The notes below the pieces were generated by a model. It saw only the letters and a list, made by a program, of their open reading frames with translations. It did not search any database and was not told the origin of the DNA. Shown here one piece after another: positions 1-12,744 of a stretch of 64,000 nt of DNA (position 1 is the first letter of the stretch; each line of letters begins with the position of its first letter). This DNA comes from Rhina ancylostomus. Its lineage: Eukaryota. The position numbers were made by a program, and so were the translations under genes. The DNA lies in assembly GCA_030265395.1 (NCBI GenBank), contig JARFYF010000072.1, forward strand, positions 540,028 to 604,027. The letters run 5' to 3'.

Positions 1-315
1 GCTCTTTCCACCCAGATTAGGAGAGATAAGAACGAGAGGGCTTTAGGGTGAAAGGGGAAAGGTTTAAGGGGAACATTAGAGGGAACTTCTTCACTCAAAG
101 AGTGGTCGGAGTGGGGAACTGGCTGCCATCTGATGCAGTAAATGCGGACTCACTCATACGTTTTAAGAATAAATTGGATAGATACGTGGATAGGAGAGGT
201 CTGAAGGTATATAGACTGGGTGCAAGTAAATGGGACTAGTGGAATAATGTTTCGGCACAGACTAGAAAGGACGAAAGGCCTGTTTCCTGTGCTGTAGAGT
301 TCTATGATTCTCTGG
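1..315 (+). mobile_element. CR1-clade LINE 3' end (ORF2 C-terminus and 3' tail)
   Basis: ORF 48-239 GERFKGNIRGNFFTQRVVGVGNWLP..FKNKLD resembles the CR1 ORF2 C-terminus; it is followed by the cctgtttcctgtgctgta..ttctatgattct tail. Confidence 0.85.
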
Positions 316-2645
316 TTCTAATTTTTTCACCGTTTCATTCAAGAGTGAGGAAACGCACTATAAACAAAGACTTACTTTAACGTCTCTCATTGTTTTAGGG
401 TTTCTGAAAGGTTTGAATTGTCAACACAGCGATTTCTCGTCTTGTCTGAGACATTGTCATAGGGAAAACAAGGAAACCAGATTTACAGCTGCTTTGACGA
501 ATGAGCTGGAATAAATCCTGCCTACCCTTCCCCAGTCAATCAACGACCTTCTTTATTGTTGGATTATGGACGGCCTTATCACCAAATGACATAACTGCAA
601 AGTGAAGATTGGTCGGTGAATTACCATTGCAATTTTTCCTTGGGTGCAGATGAATAACAGAATCCAGAGAAAGCCGATGGGATTTTGTAGAGAATAAAAT
701 AGGATTAAAGCTGGATTTTTTTAAAATGGGTTCTTGATGGTGGGCACAGAATCGATGGACCGAAGGACATCTTTCCATTCTGCGTGACTCAGTATTCTGC
801 GAAATTGCGTGTTTTTGGAAAATGAAAATAACTCAGAAAAGTGGACCGAATAGAGAGCCTTGCTTCATTTCCAGTATATATCCCAAAACAATAAACATGA
901 ATTGCGAGGTAATTGCCGAACACCAATCTGTGTTGGAGAATAGAAATGAGCAGTGACGCTGAAACACAAAGAACTTCCCTGTCGTTATCAAAAAAGGTGT
1001 CGTCTGCATGTCATGATTAACAACTGCCATTAATAAACTGAGCAGACGGAAAAGAATGCGAGATCGGCAAAGAAAATGCAAAACCAAGTCACTACCGTCG
1101 TCCTTGAGGTTAGCAGTGATTTTGCTAAGCCCCTGAATCCTGAATTTCACTTTGTTTTTCCAAGTCCAAAGAAATATCCTTTGATAATTACGGCGTCAAT
1201 AATCTAAAAGTATTGTCCCCTACGAAGTTATTTCACCTGTACATGCCACTGGCAAAGGTTACGGAATTTCTGAAGAACCCTTGTAGGCCTTCAGAGTTCC
1301 TGACCCTGCCTCTGGGGACTCAAAAGCTGTACCCTCTGTGTGCTCCATAATAACTTCTACTTCCAGACGAGAGACTTCAGAGGAAATCTACATTGTTTGG
1401 TGGTGAAATGCTGAAAATACCGCAGTTTGAACGATATGTTGTAACAAAGCCGAGATCTTCCCGTTCAGGAGGATCATAGAGCACCTGACCTAGTCAGCAG
1501 GAGTTCTCCTGGCCTGATGGGAGAGACTACATCCCTCAAGTAATCACATACTGAAATGTCATTGACCTGAGGGCTTAATGTATTTCCTTTTATCTCTGCT
1601 TGGCATGCTAATGTTCCCAGTAGACTGTGTACTTTTATGTTTCAGATTTCTAGCAGTTTTGCTTTTCAATGACAGCACAATATGTGGTCATTGTCACCGC
1701 TGTGTATGGGAAGTGGCGAAGTAGTCCTTGGCTGTGTTGCAGCCAAACTGAGATTTTTATTAGTTTGAATAACTGTCAGTCAATGCGGACGTAGCTGAGG
1801 GATTTTTCCATAACCTCTACAGAACTGGAAGCCAATAGGCATCCTTCACCAGTAGAATGAAGAGAAAATTAACTTTGTCCGTGCGGGAAGCAATGGAAAC
1901 AATTTTCGAATTAAATAATTAATGAGTTAAAATTTACTTTTTCATGTTTTCACTTAAACAAGACGCATCCATTAACAGTATTCGCTTCATATTGCATTAT
2001 TGAACATATTACTTTCCCGCAAGGTTTAGCTGATACCTTTGAATTTCGTTCCATCAAATTTTCCCAAATTTTAAATTGCTGGATTTCCGCCGGTAATGGC
2101 TCGAGTGGGGGGCGGTGGAGGAGTTGGTGCTGTGGAGGGAGAGTCGTGGGTCTGTGGGTAAATCCCCCCCTTTTCATTTTTGCAATTTCAATCGGGTTTC
2201 TGGTAGAAAATTGAATGGAAATATTGGAAAGTTAGAAAACGTTGAACTAAATGTTGTACCAGAGATTAGTTCAGTCTTTTTAAACAATTGCGCACTCATA
2301 ACTTGAGGTTAACCACAGACGAGGGAGGCGAAGAATGTAGTAAGAGATATTGGCCGGGCCACACTGTGGCCAGTTAAGCCCTTACATGCACACTCTGCTT
2401 AAATCTGTCCAGTTCGACGGTGCCTATCTGGCCAAAATGCCAAACTGAATCGAAGGCAAAATGGTCCTGTTGCAACGTTTTACTTGCCCAACTAGAAAGA
2501 TATCCGTTCTCCCAACAAGTCAGTGGACGACATCGTAAATTGGAAGTGAGATGGACGGCGAAAATTAGATTGTATTCATTCGCCACAGAAAGAGGATGAA
2601 AATAATTGTCAGAGAATAAATGAGCAGAACCAACGCCCCACTCAC

Positions 2646-3172
2646 CAGAGACCTCCAGAATGATGTTCGCCTTTGTTTGAGAGTCAATATTTCCATTCAT
2701 GTACACGTGGTACTTCCCGCTGTCCGAAACATTCACCGATTTCAGCAGGAGGGACCCGTTCGGGAATAATCTTGACCGTGATTTGTACTCATTGGCATAA
2801 TGATTCCCGTAATCATTCCAAATGGCGATAACTTGATTCTCGAAGTGCCAGTACCCACTACTGGCCTTCCGCGATGGCTGCACGGAAAGTATCGCATCGT
2901 CCCCGACGACGACATTTATCCGGCTGTGTTCCGCGCGGATGGTAATCTCCTGCAACCGAACTGTGGAACAGAAGCACGCATGAGGGAAAGGTGAAAGAAG
3001 TGGACAAAACCAACAATAGCAATATTTTGCTCGATTAATCAAGCTCCAATTTACTATTCTATAACCATGGACCTTTTTTTGTTGATGCTCTGATCACTGA
3101 TGCTCAGGGAGAGTGACCTGCACCTGCAGGCATGAAGAGACAAATAAACGCTGTGATCGGTAGCTTCGTCAT
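2646..3172 (-). CDS. CEACAM-like gene A: leader exon 3172-3124 + IgV-like N-domain exon 2960-2646 (downstream exons not seen)
   Basis: Leader MTKLPITAFICLFMPA ends G|GTGCAG. A 315-nt phase 1-1 exon bounded by TTCCACAG| and |GTGAGT encodes RLQEITIRAEHSRINVVVGDDAILSVQP..WHF..IAIW..NEYKSRSRLFPNGSLLLKSVNVSDSGKYHV. This V-set domain lacks the canonical Cys pair, as CEACAM N domains do. Confidence 0.85.
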
Positions 3173-3276
3173 CCCGAAAGAGCACCGCTTGTGTCTGTTA
3201 TGCTTGGAGACTTGAGTCGCTCTATCTTGTCTCCCGGCCAGATCACTGGAGTCAGTTGTGAAAAGCGGTAGAGATG

Positions 3277-3290
3277 ATTGGACCGGCTGT
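3277..3290 (-). promoter_or_regulatory. Conserved CCAAT-box element about 105 bp upstream of the gene A ATG
   Basis: CAGCCGG(T/C)CCAATCA on the minus strand recurs at the same spacing upstream of leaders A (3277), B (11055) and D (49428). Confidence 0.5.
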
Positions 3291-3814
3291 TGTCTGCCTC
3301 ATGGCGAAGTATTTACAGCAAACTAAATCGTTTGCAAATGATTTACGGCGCAAGGACAGGCCATTTCAGCCGCTCACTCCCTGGCGATGGTTCTGCAGGA
3401 CCTGCTCAGTATAGATATATCCTCATCAACATCAGACCACACGTTCTCCGCTCCCACAGTGTTTGTCCACCTTTGCTAACTGCATCTCTGTCTCCATCTG
3501 CCGCTTGACTTCGCGAGTTCCACGTTCAAACCAGCTTGATCCACAGTTTTCTTGTTTCAAACTGCTGGTTTGGATGTATTTGAATTGTGTAATTCCCTGC
3601 ATGGACTCACGTGGTTGGTACTGAGAGACAATTTCTCCCCGCAGCCGTTTATGGAACCAGGTCAGAAGAAGGGATGATGCATTTGAGGTGCAGGTGAGGA
3701 GTTGCTTGTACTGAAGAGAGTGTGGGGAACTACTGGAAATCTCTCCCAACAGAGCTGTGGATGAGAGTCATTGGATATACTGTACTCACCGCCAAACTGG
3801 AGAAATGTTCACGG

Positions 3815-5410
3815 GTCGAGAAGGTAAATTGGTTTATTATTGTCACATGTACCGAGGTACAGCGAACAACTTGCTTTGCACACTGATCATACAGCCCAAC
3901 TGACTACAAAAGGGCATTGAGGTCGTAGAAGGTAAAAGAAGAATCAGAGTAGAGGATGAAGTGTTACAGTTACAGATAAAATACAGTGCAGGTAGATAAT
4001 AAGGTTCAAGCTCATATCAAGTTAGATTCTGAGGTTAAGAGTCCATCTTATCGAACTGGGGAACCGTCCAATAGTTCTTCAACCTAGTGGTGTGTGACTC
4101 CAGGCTTCTGTACCTCCTGCCGTATGGTAGCTGTGCGAAAAATGCATGGCCTGGATGGCGGGTTCTTTGATGATGGAAGTCGCCTTCTGGAAGCAGCACC
4201 TCCTGTCGATACTACCGATGGTAGAGAGGGATGTGCCTGTGATGTCTTGGGCATAGTCTCAAACTCTCTACAGATTCTTACATTCCTGCGCATTCGAATA
4301 TCGCACCAGACCATGATGCAATCAGGCAGGATACTTCCAACAGTATATCTTCAGAAGTGCGATATTCGAATACGCAGGAATGTAAGAAGCTGCCTTTTAC
4401 CTTTTTTATCTTTTGTCACCGAAACTCCTTAACCTCCTCTGAAAACAAAGACATTGGCGCGCCATCCGTTTGATTGTATCTCTGTGTTGGGCCCAGGACA
4501 GGTCATCCAAGATGTTGACTCCCAGGGAGTCCCTCCACCGCCAATCCATACTGGCGCATGTTTACCCTGTTAAACTGCCCTGAAATCAACAACCAGTACT
4601 TCCGTTTAGACGTTGAGCGAGAGTTTGTTGTTGTGGAACTACTCAACCTGGTGTCCCATCTGACTCCGATACGCTGACTCATCAGCACCTGTGATTCGTC
4701 CAACAACAGTGGTGTCGTCGGCGACTTTGTACAAGCATTGGAACTGTGTTCAGCCACACAGCCATATGTGGTTAGTGATTTCAGCAGGAGGATAAGCGCG
4801 CAGCCCTGACGTGCACTCGTGTTGATCAGCGACGAGGAGATTTTGTTGCCAAGCTTCGCTGATTGACGTCTGTTTTAGAGAATATCGAGGATGATCTTGC
4901 AGAGGGATGCTCAAAGTGTTANNNNNNNNNNNNNNNNNNNNNNNNNNNNNNNNNNNNNNNNNNNNNNNNNNNNNNNNNNNNNNNNNNNNNNNNNNNNNNN
5001 NNNNNNNNNNNNNNNNNNNNNCTCTCGAAGCACTTCATTTCGGGGGCAGTACCCGCTAGTGGAAGGAAGGCATTGAGGGAGGTCACCACACTCTTATTGG
5101 GCAATGGCACATTTGATGCCTTATTTGAAGCAGGTGAGAAACTCAGACCGCAGAAGAGAACGGCTGAATATCTCCTTAAAATCTCCAGCCAGTTGGTAAA
5201 CACAGATATTTAGTACTCGGTCAGGTATGCGATCCGGACCAGACACCTTTCGGAGGTTGAACCTTTTGAAGGATTCCCAAACGTCGGTATCAGTGACCGA
5301 GATTCCAGAGTCATCTGGAGATGTCGGGGCTCGCATGCTTAAGTCATATTTCTCCCTGTCAAAGCATGATTACAAGTCATTGAGCTCCTCTCGGAGCTCA
5401 AAATTGATAC
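3815..5410 (-). mobile_element. Degenerate Rex1/Babar-like non-LTR retrotransposon (RT fragment and 3' end)
   Basis: Frameshifted RT peptides FNLRKVSGPDRIPDRVLNICVYQLAGDFKEIFSRSLLRSEFLTCFK and PLPNKSVVTSLNAFLPLAGTAPEMKCFE; interrupted by the gap at 4922-5021. Confidence 0.75.
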
Positions 5411-5714
5411 ATTGTCTCTGGAATTCATTTTTGGCCTGAGTTTTTGGCCCCCAGTTTCTCCCGGCTTTCTGGGTGTTGCATTTCGCCAGGTGCTGCAATG
5501 CCCTGGGTTAGCCGCTCTCACTTGGACCTCAGTCCTCAAGTCCCAAAGATGCTGCATGTTGGGAAGTGCCTGGCAAAGAAAACAGAAAAACGGAGCAGGG
5601 GAATAGACACTTCGGCCAACAATGAGCGTGCCCACCATGATTCCAATCTAAACTAATCCCACCTATCGGCATCTGTGCCTGTAACCCTCTATCCCCTGCC
5701 ATCTTGATCTATAT

Positions 5715-6245
5715 GGGCAGAACCCAAAATTAAGAAAGGGGCAATCATTCTAGTGGGATTATACCAAAGAGTCCCCAGTAGCCACCGGGTCATTAAGCAA
5801 CAGATGTGCAGGCAGATTGGGGAAATCAAGGAAATGGGAGCTCCTTCGTGCAAGATTCTAGAGGGGTAGAATTTGTTAGGTGCATTCACTTTTCTCAAAC
5901 AGTATGTGGATAGTCCAACTAGAGAAGGGGCGGTACTGGATCCTGTCTTTGGAAATGAGGCTGGCCTGGTGATTAACCTGTCAGTGCGTGAACACTTAGG
6001 AAAGAGTGATCGCTATTCCCCTGTTATTAATACAGCTATGAACAAGGAGAAAAATAGGACTTAAGAAAAAGTATTAAATTAGGCGAAGGCAGATTCCGTA
6101 TTAGGCAGGAACGAGGAAGAGTTAATTCTGAAAAACTGTTTATAGACAAGTCCAGATCCGACATGCGATGGGTTGTTAAAAGACCAACTGCAGAGCGTAC
6201 AGGACAGGTATGTTCAGTCAGAAGGAAGGACAGGGATGACAAGGT
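5715..6245 (+). mobile_element. CR1 LINE ORF2 endonuclease-region fragment
   Basis: FLKQYVDSPTREGAVLDPVFGNEAGLVINLSVREHLGKSD resembles the C-terminal part of the CR1 APE domain. Confidence 0.75.
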
Positions 6246-9200
6246 CCGATCCTCTCAAGTCAGGAGAGTAGAGATCTCGTTTTCTTACTTTGTTCACATA
6301 CGATCGGCCCGCCACTAATTGACAGAAAGTCGTGGACTTCAATTGCCATCTATCATAGGCACTCATTATCGTTAAGTCACATTAACGACCAGCAGGATCT
6401 TTGGCCTACTGCGTCCACGCCTTACATTAATCCTATTTTATTATCACCTTATTTCCATCCATCGCAGATGTATATTTTCTCAGGTCTCAATACTCCAAGT
6501 GCAGTCTCATCAGGGCTCTAGAAAATTGGAACATCTCCACTTGACACATAACCTACTGATCTCAGGGTTCGGGGAATTGTATGTTGTGTCATGTCCAGCT
6601 GAGCTTAATAATTTGCTTTGTACTGTTTGGACAACCTGTGCATTGACTTTCATTGATCAGTGTTCACGGACACCAAGTTCGCGCTGCACGCCAGCACCAA
6701 TCTCTGAAGCGTCATAAAAACGCCCCATTCTTGTTTATGTAACAAGCTGTCCTTTCCCCTCCATTCTCCGAGAGATACAGCTGCAGCTGCATTTTCACAA
6801 TATCGGGGCCTCGAGTGTTTTCGAGCCATATCTGGGGCACGGCGCAGAGGTATTACAAAGCGGAAAGTCACTATCCATTTGCCCGGCAAATTGAGAGCAG
6901 GGAGAACCTCGCTCAACCTCTCCTGTGCAACATTCCGATAGTGTTTCTTGTAGGCATTTAACCAGCACCCTTGTAGTCCATATGCTTTCTGGAGACACTG
7001 AATAGTACTTGATCAATATTTAAGAACACAAGACAATTGGAGAAGTATTAATTCTGTCCCTCGAAGCTGGCCCGCCATTTCATAAAATGATACCCGATAT
7101 GCCTCAGGCTTCAGCTCTTCTTCCCTGCCAGTTCCCCAGAACCATCAATTCTGCAGCATTTCAAAACGTTTTCAACTTCCTTTCAAAATACAATGTAAAA
7201 TTCAGTCGACACCACTGTCTTCAGCAGAGATTCGCCGTCTGCGAGCAGAATGCCATTTGTTTAAGGTTGGGTGAAACACAGAGAGAAAATAGAGAAATAG
7301 GTGATAAAAAAATCCTTCCGCCTTCGAATAAAATACTGGCTCATACTCCATCCAAGTACCATCTTACTCTTCTTTTTCCGGACCCAGTTTACACTATGTC
7401 TAGTTCTTGGATGCAGCATCAAGCACAAGGATATAATTCAAGTTTGTACAAAGCAAAATCAGGATCTTTAAGTCTTTGGGCTCCCGACGGATGGCTAGTT
7501 CATGTTTGCCGTATCACAGCCCTAGTGTGTATAATGAAAGTTCTTATACCAAAAAAAAATCAGAACTTTTAAGACTTTTGGGCGCCCGAGACGGATGGCT
7601 ACCTCGCTCTGAATCAACATTTGTTGCCCACCCAGTTTAGCGTGGAGAGGGGTGGGTGGTCAAGTGCAATGCTCGATGATGTGTTTTAGAGTCACATGTC
7701 AGCCAGAGGGGCGTAAAAACAAATATATCCTTTCCGAAAGTCTGAAGTCAATTTAGAAGATTTGCAACATTCCAGCAGTTACAAATTCTTGCTTTTATTC
7801 TGAATTCCCAGCTTCAACTGTGAGGGTGTTCTGGTGGGATCCAGATTCACCATATAGGTCTGTCCTGCTAGTTCACTTGTATAATCACAATGATTTCACA
7901 CCCCTGGCATCTCACAGTTTGTGCATGGACACTCATCAGTGATCCACAGATCATATCACCGTTGAGTCTGGGTAGAAGTGAACGCATCTGGTCTTGTGAT
8001 CCTGAGCAATACTTTCCAAATGCTATGACAATGCACCCTGAATTAAAGTAACATGCCAAGGACTTAACTTAGTGCACAGTCGTGTCAATACCGTTCTGAT
8101 TTCTTTTCAGTTCTCTGGATTTGTTCACCATTTCATTCAAGAGTGGGGAAACACACTATAAACAAAGACTTACTGTAACGTATCTCATTGTTTTAGCGTT
8201 TCTGGAAGATCTGAACTGTCAGCAGAGCGATTTCTCGTCTCGTCTGAGACATCCTCATGGAGGAAATGAGGAAACCATATTTCTACCTGCTTTGACGAAA
8301 GAGCTGGAATGAATCCCGCCTCCGCCTCCCCAGCCAATCAAAGACCTTCATTGCTGGGTTATGGACGGCCTTATCACCAAATGACATAACTGAAATTGAA
8401 GATTGGTCGGTGAATTACCATTGCAATTTTTCCTTGGGTGCAGATGAATAACAGAATCCGGAGAGAACCGATGGGATTCTGGAGAAGATTTCTTAAAATT
8501 GGGTTATTGGTAGTGGGCACGGAATCGATGGACTGAAGGACCTCTTTCCATTCTGCGTGACTTGATGTCTTATGCGAAATTGCGTGTGTTTGGAAAATAA
8601 AAATAACTCAGAAAAGTGGACCGAATAGAGAGCCTTGATTGATTTCCAATATTTGTCCCAAAACAAGAAACATGAATTGCAAGGTAATTTCTGAACTCCA
8701 GTCTGTATTGGAGAATAGAAATGAGCAGTGACGCTGAAACACAAAGTGCTTCCCTGTGGAGTTTTCAAAAATGGTGTCGGCAGCATATCATGCTTAACAA
8801 CTACCATTAATAAACTGAGCAGACGAAAGAGAATGCGAGATCGGCAAAGAAAATGCAAAATTACCGTCGTCTTTGAGGTTAGCAGTGATTTTGCTCAGCC
8901 CCTGAATCCTGAATTTAACATCGTTTTTCCAAGTCCAAAGAAATATCCTTTGAGAATTACGGCGACAAGAGTCTAAAAGTATTGTCCCCTACTAAGTTAT
9001 TTCACCTGCACATGCCACTGGCAAAGGTTACAAAATATTGGACAGACACTTGTGAGCCTTCAGAGTTCCTGCCCCTGCCCCTGGGGACTCAAAAGCTGCA
9101 CTCTCTGTGTGCTCAATAATAACTTCTATTTGCAGACAAGAGACTTCAGACGAAATCTACATTGTTAGGTGGTGAAATGCTGAAAGTACCGCAGAGTGGC

Positions 9201-10421
9201 TGATACGTTGCAACAAAGCCTAGATCTTCCCGGTCAGGACGATCGGAGAGCACCTGACCAAGTCAGCAGGAGTTCTCCTGGCCCTATGGGAGAGACTACA
9301 TCCCTCAAGTCATCATATAATGAAATGCCATTGACCTGAGGCCTTAATGTGTTTCGTTTTACCTCTGCGCGGTCCGCAAATGTTTCCAGGAGATTGTTTT
9401 TGTAATGTCAGATTTCTAGCAGTTTTGCTTGTCAATGACAGGAATGTATGTGGTCATTTTCTCTGCTGTTAATAGTCAGTGGAGGAGCAGAACTTGTCTG
9501 TGTTGCAGCTCTGACAGCACGTCAGTTGCTGAAAACTGAGATTTTTATTTGTTTGAATCACTGTCAGTAAATGCGGAGGTGGCTAAGGGATTTCTCGAAA
9601 AGTGCTACAAAACTGCCAGCCAATAAGCATCCTTCACCGGTAGAATGAAGAGAAAATTAACTTTATCCCTGCGGGAAGCAAAGGAAACTATATTCGATTT
9701 AAATAAATGAAAGAGAAAAAAGATTACTTTTTCACCTTTTCGCCAAAGCAAGACGCATTCATTACTAGCATTCACTTCCCATTGAATTATTGAACATATT
9801 ACTTTCTCGCAAAGTTTATCTTATACCTTTGAATTTCTTTCCATCAAATTTTCCCAAATTTTAGATTGTTGTTCATCCGCCGGTAATTGCAAAAATAGGG
9901 GCAAAGTTGTGGGTAGTTTTGTGACATCTCGTGTCGGCAGGTAAATCCCCCCCGTCATGTTTGTAATGTCATTCGGTTTTTGGGTAAATAATCAAATGGA
10001 AATATTGGAAAATCAGAAAACGTTCAACTAAATGCTGTACCAGAGATTAGTTCCCTCTTTTTAAACCAGGGTGCACTCATACTTTGAAGCTAACCAGAGA
10101 CGAGGGATGTGAGGAATGTGAAAGGAGACATTGGCCGGGCCACACGGTGACCAGTTAAGCCCTCACACGCAACATCTGCCTGAATCTGTCCAGTTCGGCG
10201 GTGCCTGTCCTGCCCGAAGCCCAAACTGAATCGAAGGCAGATCAGTTCTGTAGGTTCATTTAACTTTCCCAACCGGAAATAAATCCATTCTCCGAACAAG
10301 TTAGTGGACGACATCCTAAATTGGAAGTGAGTTAGGTGGCGAAAATTAAACTGTATTCATTTGCCACAGAAAAGGATGGCAATAATAGATAATAGATCAG
10401 CAGAACCAATGCCCCACTCAC

Positions 10422-10950
10422 CAGAGACCTCCAGAATGATGCTCACAGTCGTGTAAGGGCCATTGTTTGGATTCATGTGCACACGGTACTCCCCGCTGTC
10501 CGAAACTTTCACCGATTTCAACAGGAGGGACCCGTTCTGGAATAATGTAAGCCGTGACTGGTACTCATTGGCAAAGGAATGATCCGCACCAATCCAACTG
10601 GCGATAGTTTGTTCCCCGAAGTACCAGTTCCCACTCCTGACCATCTCCGACGGCTGCACGGAAAGTAACGCATCGTCCCCGACGTCGACATTGATCTGTT
10701 TGTGTTCCGTGTGGATGTTAAACGCCAGCAACTGAGCTGTGGAACAGAAAGTCGCATGAGGGAAAAGGTGGAAGAAGCGGACAAAACCAATAATATCAAT
10801 ATTTTGCTCGATTAATTAGTCACCAATATGCTATCCTATAACCATTAACCGTTTATTTAATGCTCTGAACACTAATGCTCCGGGAGAGTGACACTCACCC
10901 GCAGCTGTGAAGAGAAAAAGAGCGAGCGCTGTGAACTGCATCCCTGCCAT
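10422..10950 (-). CDS. CEACAM-like gene B: leader exon 10950-10899 + N-domain exon 10736-10422 (no constant or TM exons found)
   Basis: Leader MAGMQFTALALFLFTAA G|GTGAGT (52 nt). A 315-nt exon with canonical AG/GT encodes QLLAFNIHTEHKQINVDVGDDALLSVQP..WYF..IASW..NEYQSRLTLFQNGSLLLKSVKVSDSGEYRV; no Cys. Confidence 0.88.
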
Positions 10951-11054
10951 TCCGAGAGGGCAGCGCCAGTCTTTGTTACACTCGGAGACTTGAGCAGCTC
11001 TTCCTTGTCTCCGGGCCAGATCACTGGTGTCAGTTGTGAAAAGCGGTAGAGCTG

Positions 11055-11068
11055 ATTGGGCCGGCTGT
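11055..11068 (-). promoter_or_regulatory. Conserved CCAAT-box element upstream of gene B
   Basis: tgattgggccggctg, the same motif and spacing as in genes A and D. Confidence 0.5.
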
Positions 11069-12744
11069 TGTCCTCCTCATGGCGAAATATTTCCAGCAAA
11101 CTAAATCGTTTGCAAATTATTTACAGCACAGTGACAGGTCATTTCAGCCCCTCACTCCTTGGCGCTGCTTCTGCCGGATCCTCCTCACTATAGACATATC
11201 CTCATCAACATTAAACCTCACGTTCTCCGCCCCCTAGGTGTTTGTCCACCTTCGCTTAACTGCATCTCTGTGTCCATTTACCGCTTGAGTTCGCGAGTTC
11301 CACGTTCAAACCAGTCTCATCGACAACTTCCTTGTTTCAAACTGCTGGTTTCGATTTATTTAAATTGTGTAAATCCCTGCATGGATTGACGTGCTTGGTG
11401 CTGAGGGACAATTTATCCTCGCGAGCGTATCTGGAACCAGGTCAGAATAAGCGTTGATGTATTTAAGGTGCAGATGAGGAGGTGTTTCTCCTGAACAGAG
11501 TGTGAGGAACCATTGAAAATCTCTCTCCAGAGAGCTGTGGATGACAACCATTGAATATATTGTACTCATCGCAAACTCGAGAAATGTCCATGGATGGAGA
11601 GGGTAAATTGATAAATTGGTTTATTAATGTCACATGTACCGAGGTACATCGAACTACTTTCCTTGCACCCTGATAATACAGACCAACTCACGTCAACAGT
11701 GCATTGAGGTCTCAGAAGGTAAAAGAAAAACAAACTACAGAATAAAGTGCTACAGTTACAGAGAACGTTCAGTGCAGGAGGACAATAAGGTTCAAGCTCA
11801 TAACGAGGTAGATGTCAAGAGTCCATCTTATCGTACTAGGAAACCCTACAATAGGTCTTCAAACTAGTGGTGTGGGATCTCCTGCCGTATTGTAGCTGCG
11901 TGACAATTGCATGGCTTCAATGGTGGGGATCTTTGATGATGGATACCTTCTTGAGGCAGCTCCTCCTGTCGATACTACTGATAATGGGGAGGGATGTGCC
12001 CGTGATGTATTGAGCATAGTCTGCAACTCTCGGCAGATTCTTACATTCCTGCGCATTGGAATTCCGCACCAGATCATGATGAAATNNNNNNNNNNNNNNN
12101 NNNNNNNNNNNNNNNNNNNNNNNNNNNNNNNNNNNNNNNNNNNNNNNNNNNNNNNNNNNNNNNNNNNNNNNNNNNNNNNNNNNNNGTGTCTCAAGGGGGA
12201 GAGGCACCCGACTCTGCAGACTCGTAAATAAACGGTTTTCTTGTTTCCACGACTTTGTCTCTTGCATGGTGATTGTGAGCACGGATTACATCTCACACTT
12301 CCCAACACATGTAAATAGGGAAGGGTATTCCGGTCTCGGTCAGCTTCACTATTTGGGGCTTCAGTGGGTGGGAATCGCAAAAGGAGGAATGTAACGACAC
12401 TACTGTCGATTACAGATAATAGCGTTGGTTATAGTGCAGAGATTGAAAGTGCAATGGCGGTTGATGCGAAACGGTGTTTTACAGGAGGATGTATTGGAGG
12501 CTGCGAAGGAGAGATTTTTAGGAGAAGTACTGACCGCATGAATCCTCGAGCCGTTTCCAACTTGCATACGGAGTGAGGCTGATTCCATACGTCAGCTGAT
12601 ATCTCCAGAATCCCGTGGTGTCCACAATCAAACCATCTCGGATTTGAATTTACCTTGAGAGGGAACATCTGCTGCCGTCCAAGAGAGAACGACCAAGATT
12701 CACATTCCTCTGATAAGCAAATTCTCATCCTCAGGGCTAAAAAA

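Larger units (their letters stand above)
320..4322. repeat. Tandem segmental duplication, copy 1 (paralogous to 8115-12085), containing CEACAM-like gene A
   Basis: Colinear near-identity by eye, from ttcacc(g/a)tttcattcaagagtg at ~325 / ~8124 through a shared LINE fragment ending ~4322 / ~12085; offset about 7.8 kb. Confidence 0.9.
8115..12085. repeat. Tandem segmental duplication, copy 2, containing CEACAM-like gene B
   Basis: Colinear with 320-4322; ends at the gap starting 12086. Confidence 0.9.

Noticed and set aside
833-1150. Hydrophobic-looking ORF (LHFLCRSRILFRLLSLLMAVV), also present at 8493-8858, as a TM/GPI exon for A/B
   Set aside because: An 8-nt indel and a stop differ between the copies, and no suitable acceptor was found; the similarity is explained by the duplication.
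2374-3042. 222-aa single-exon ORF
   Set aside because: It is the 315-nt N exon plus intronic read-through on both sides.
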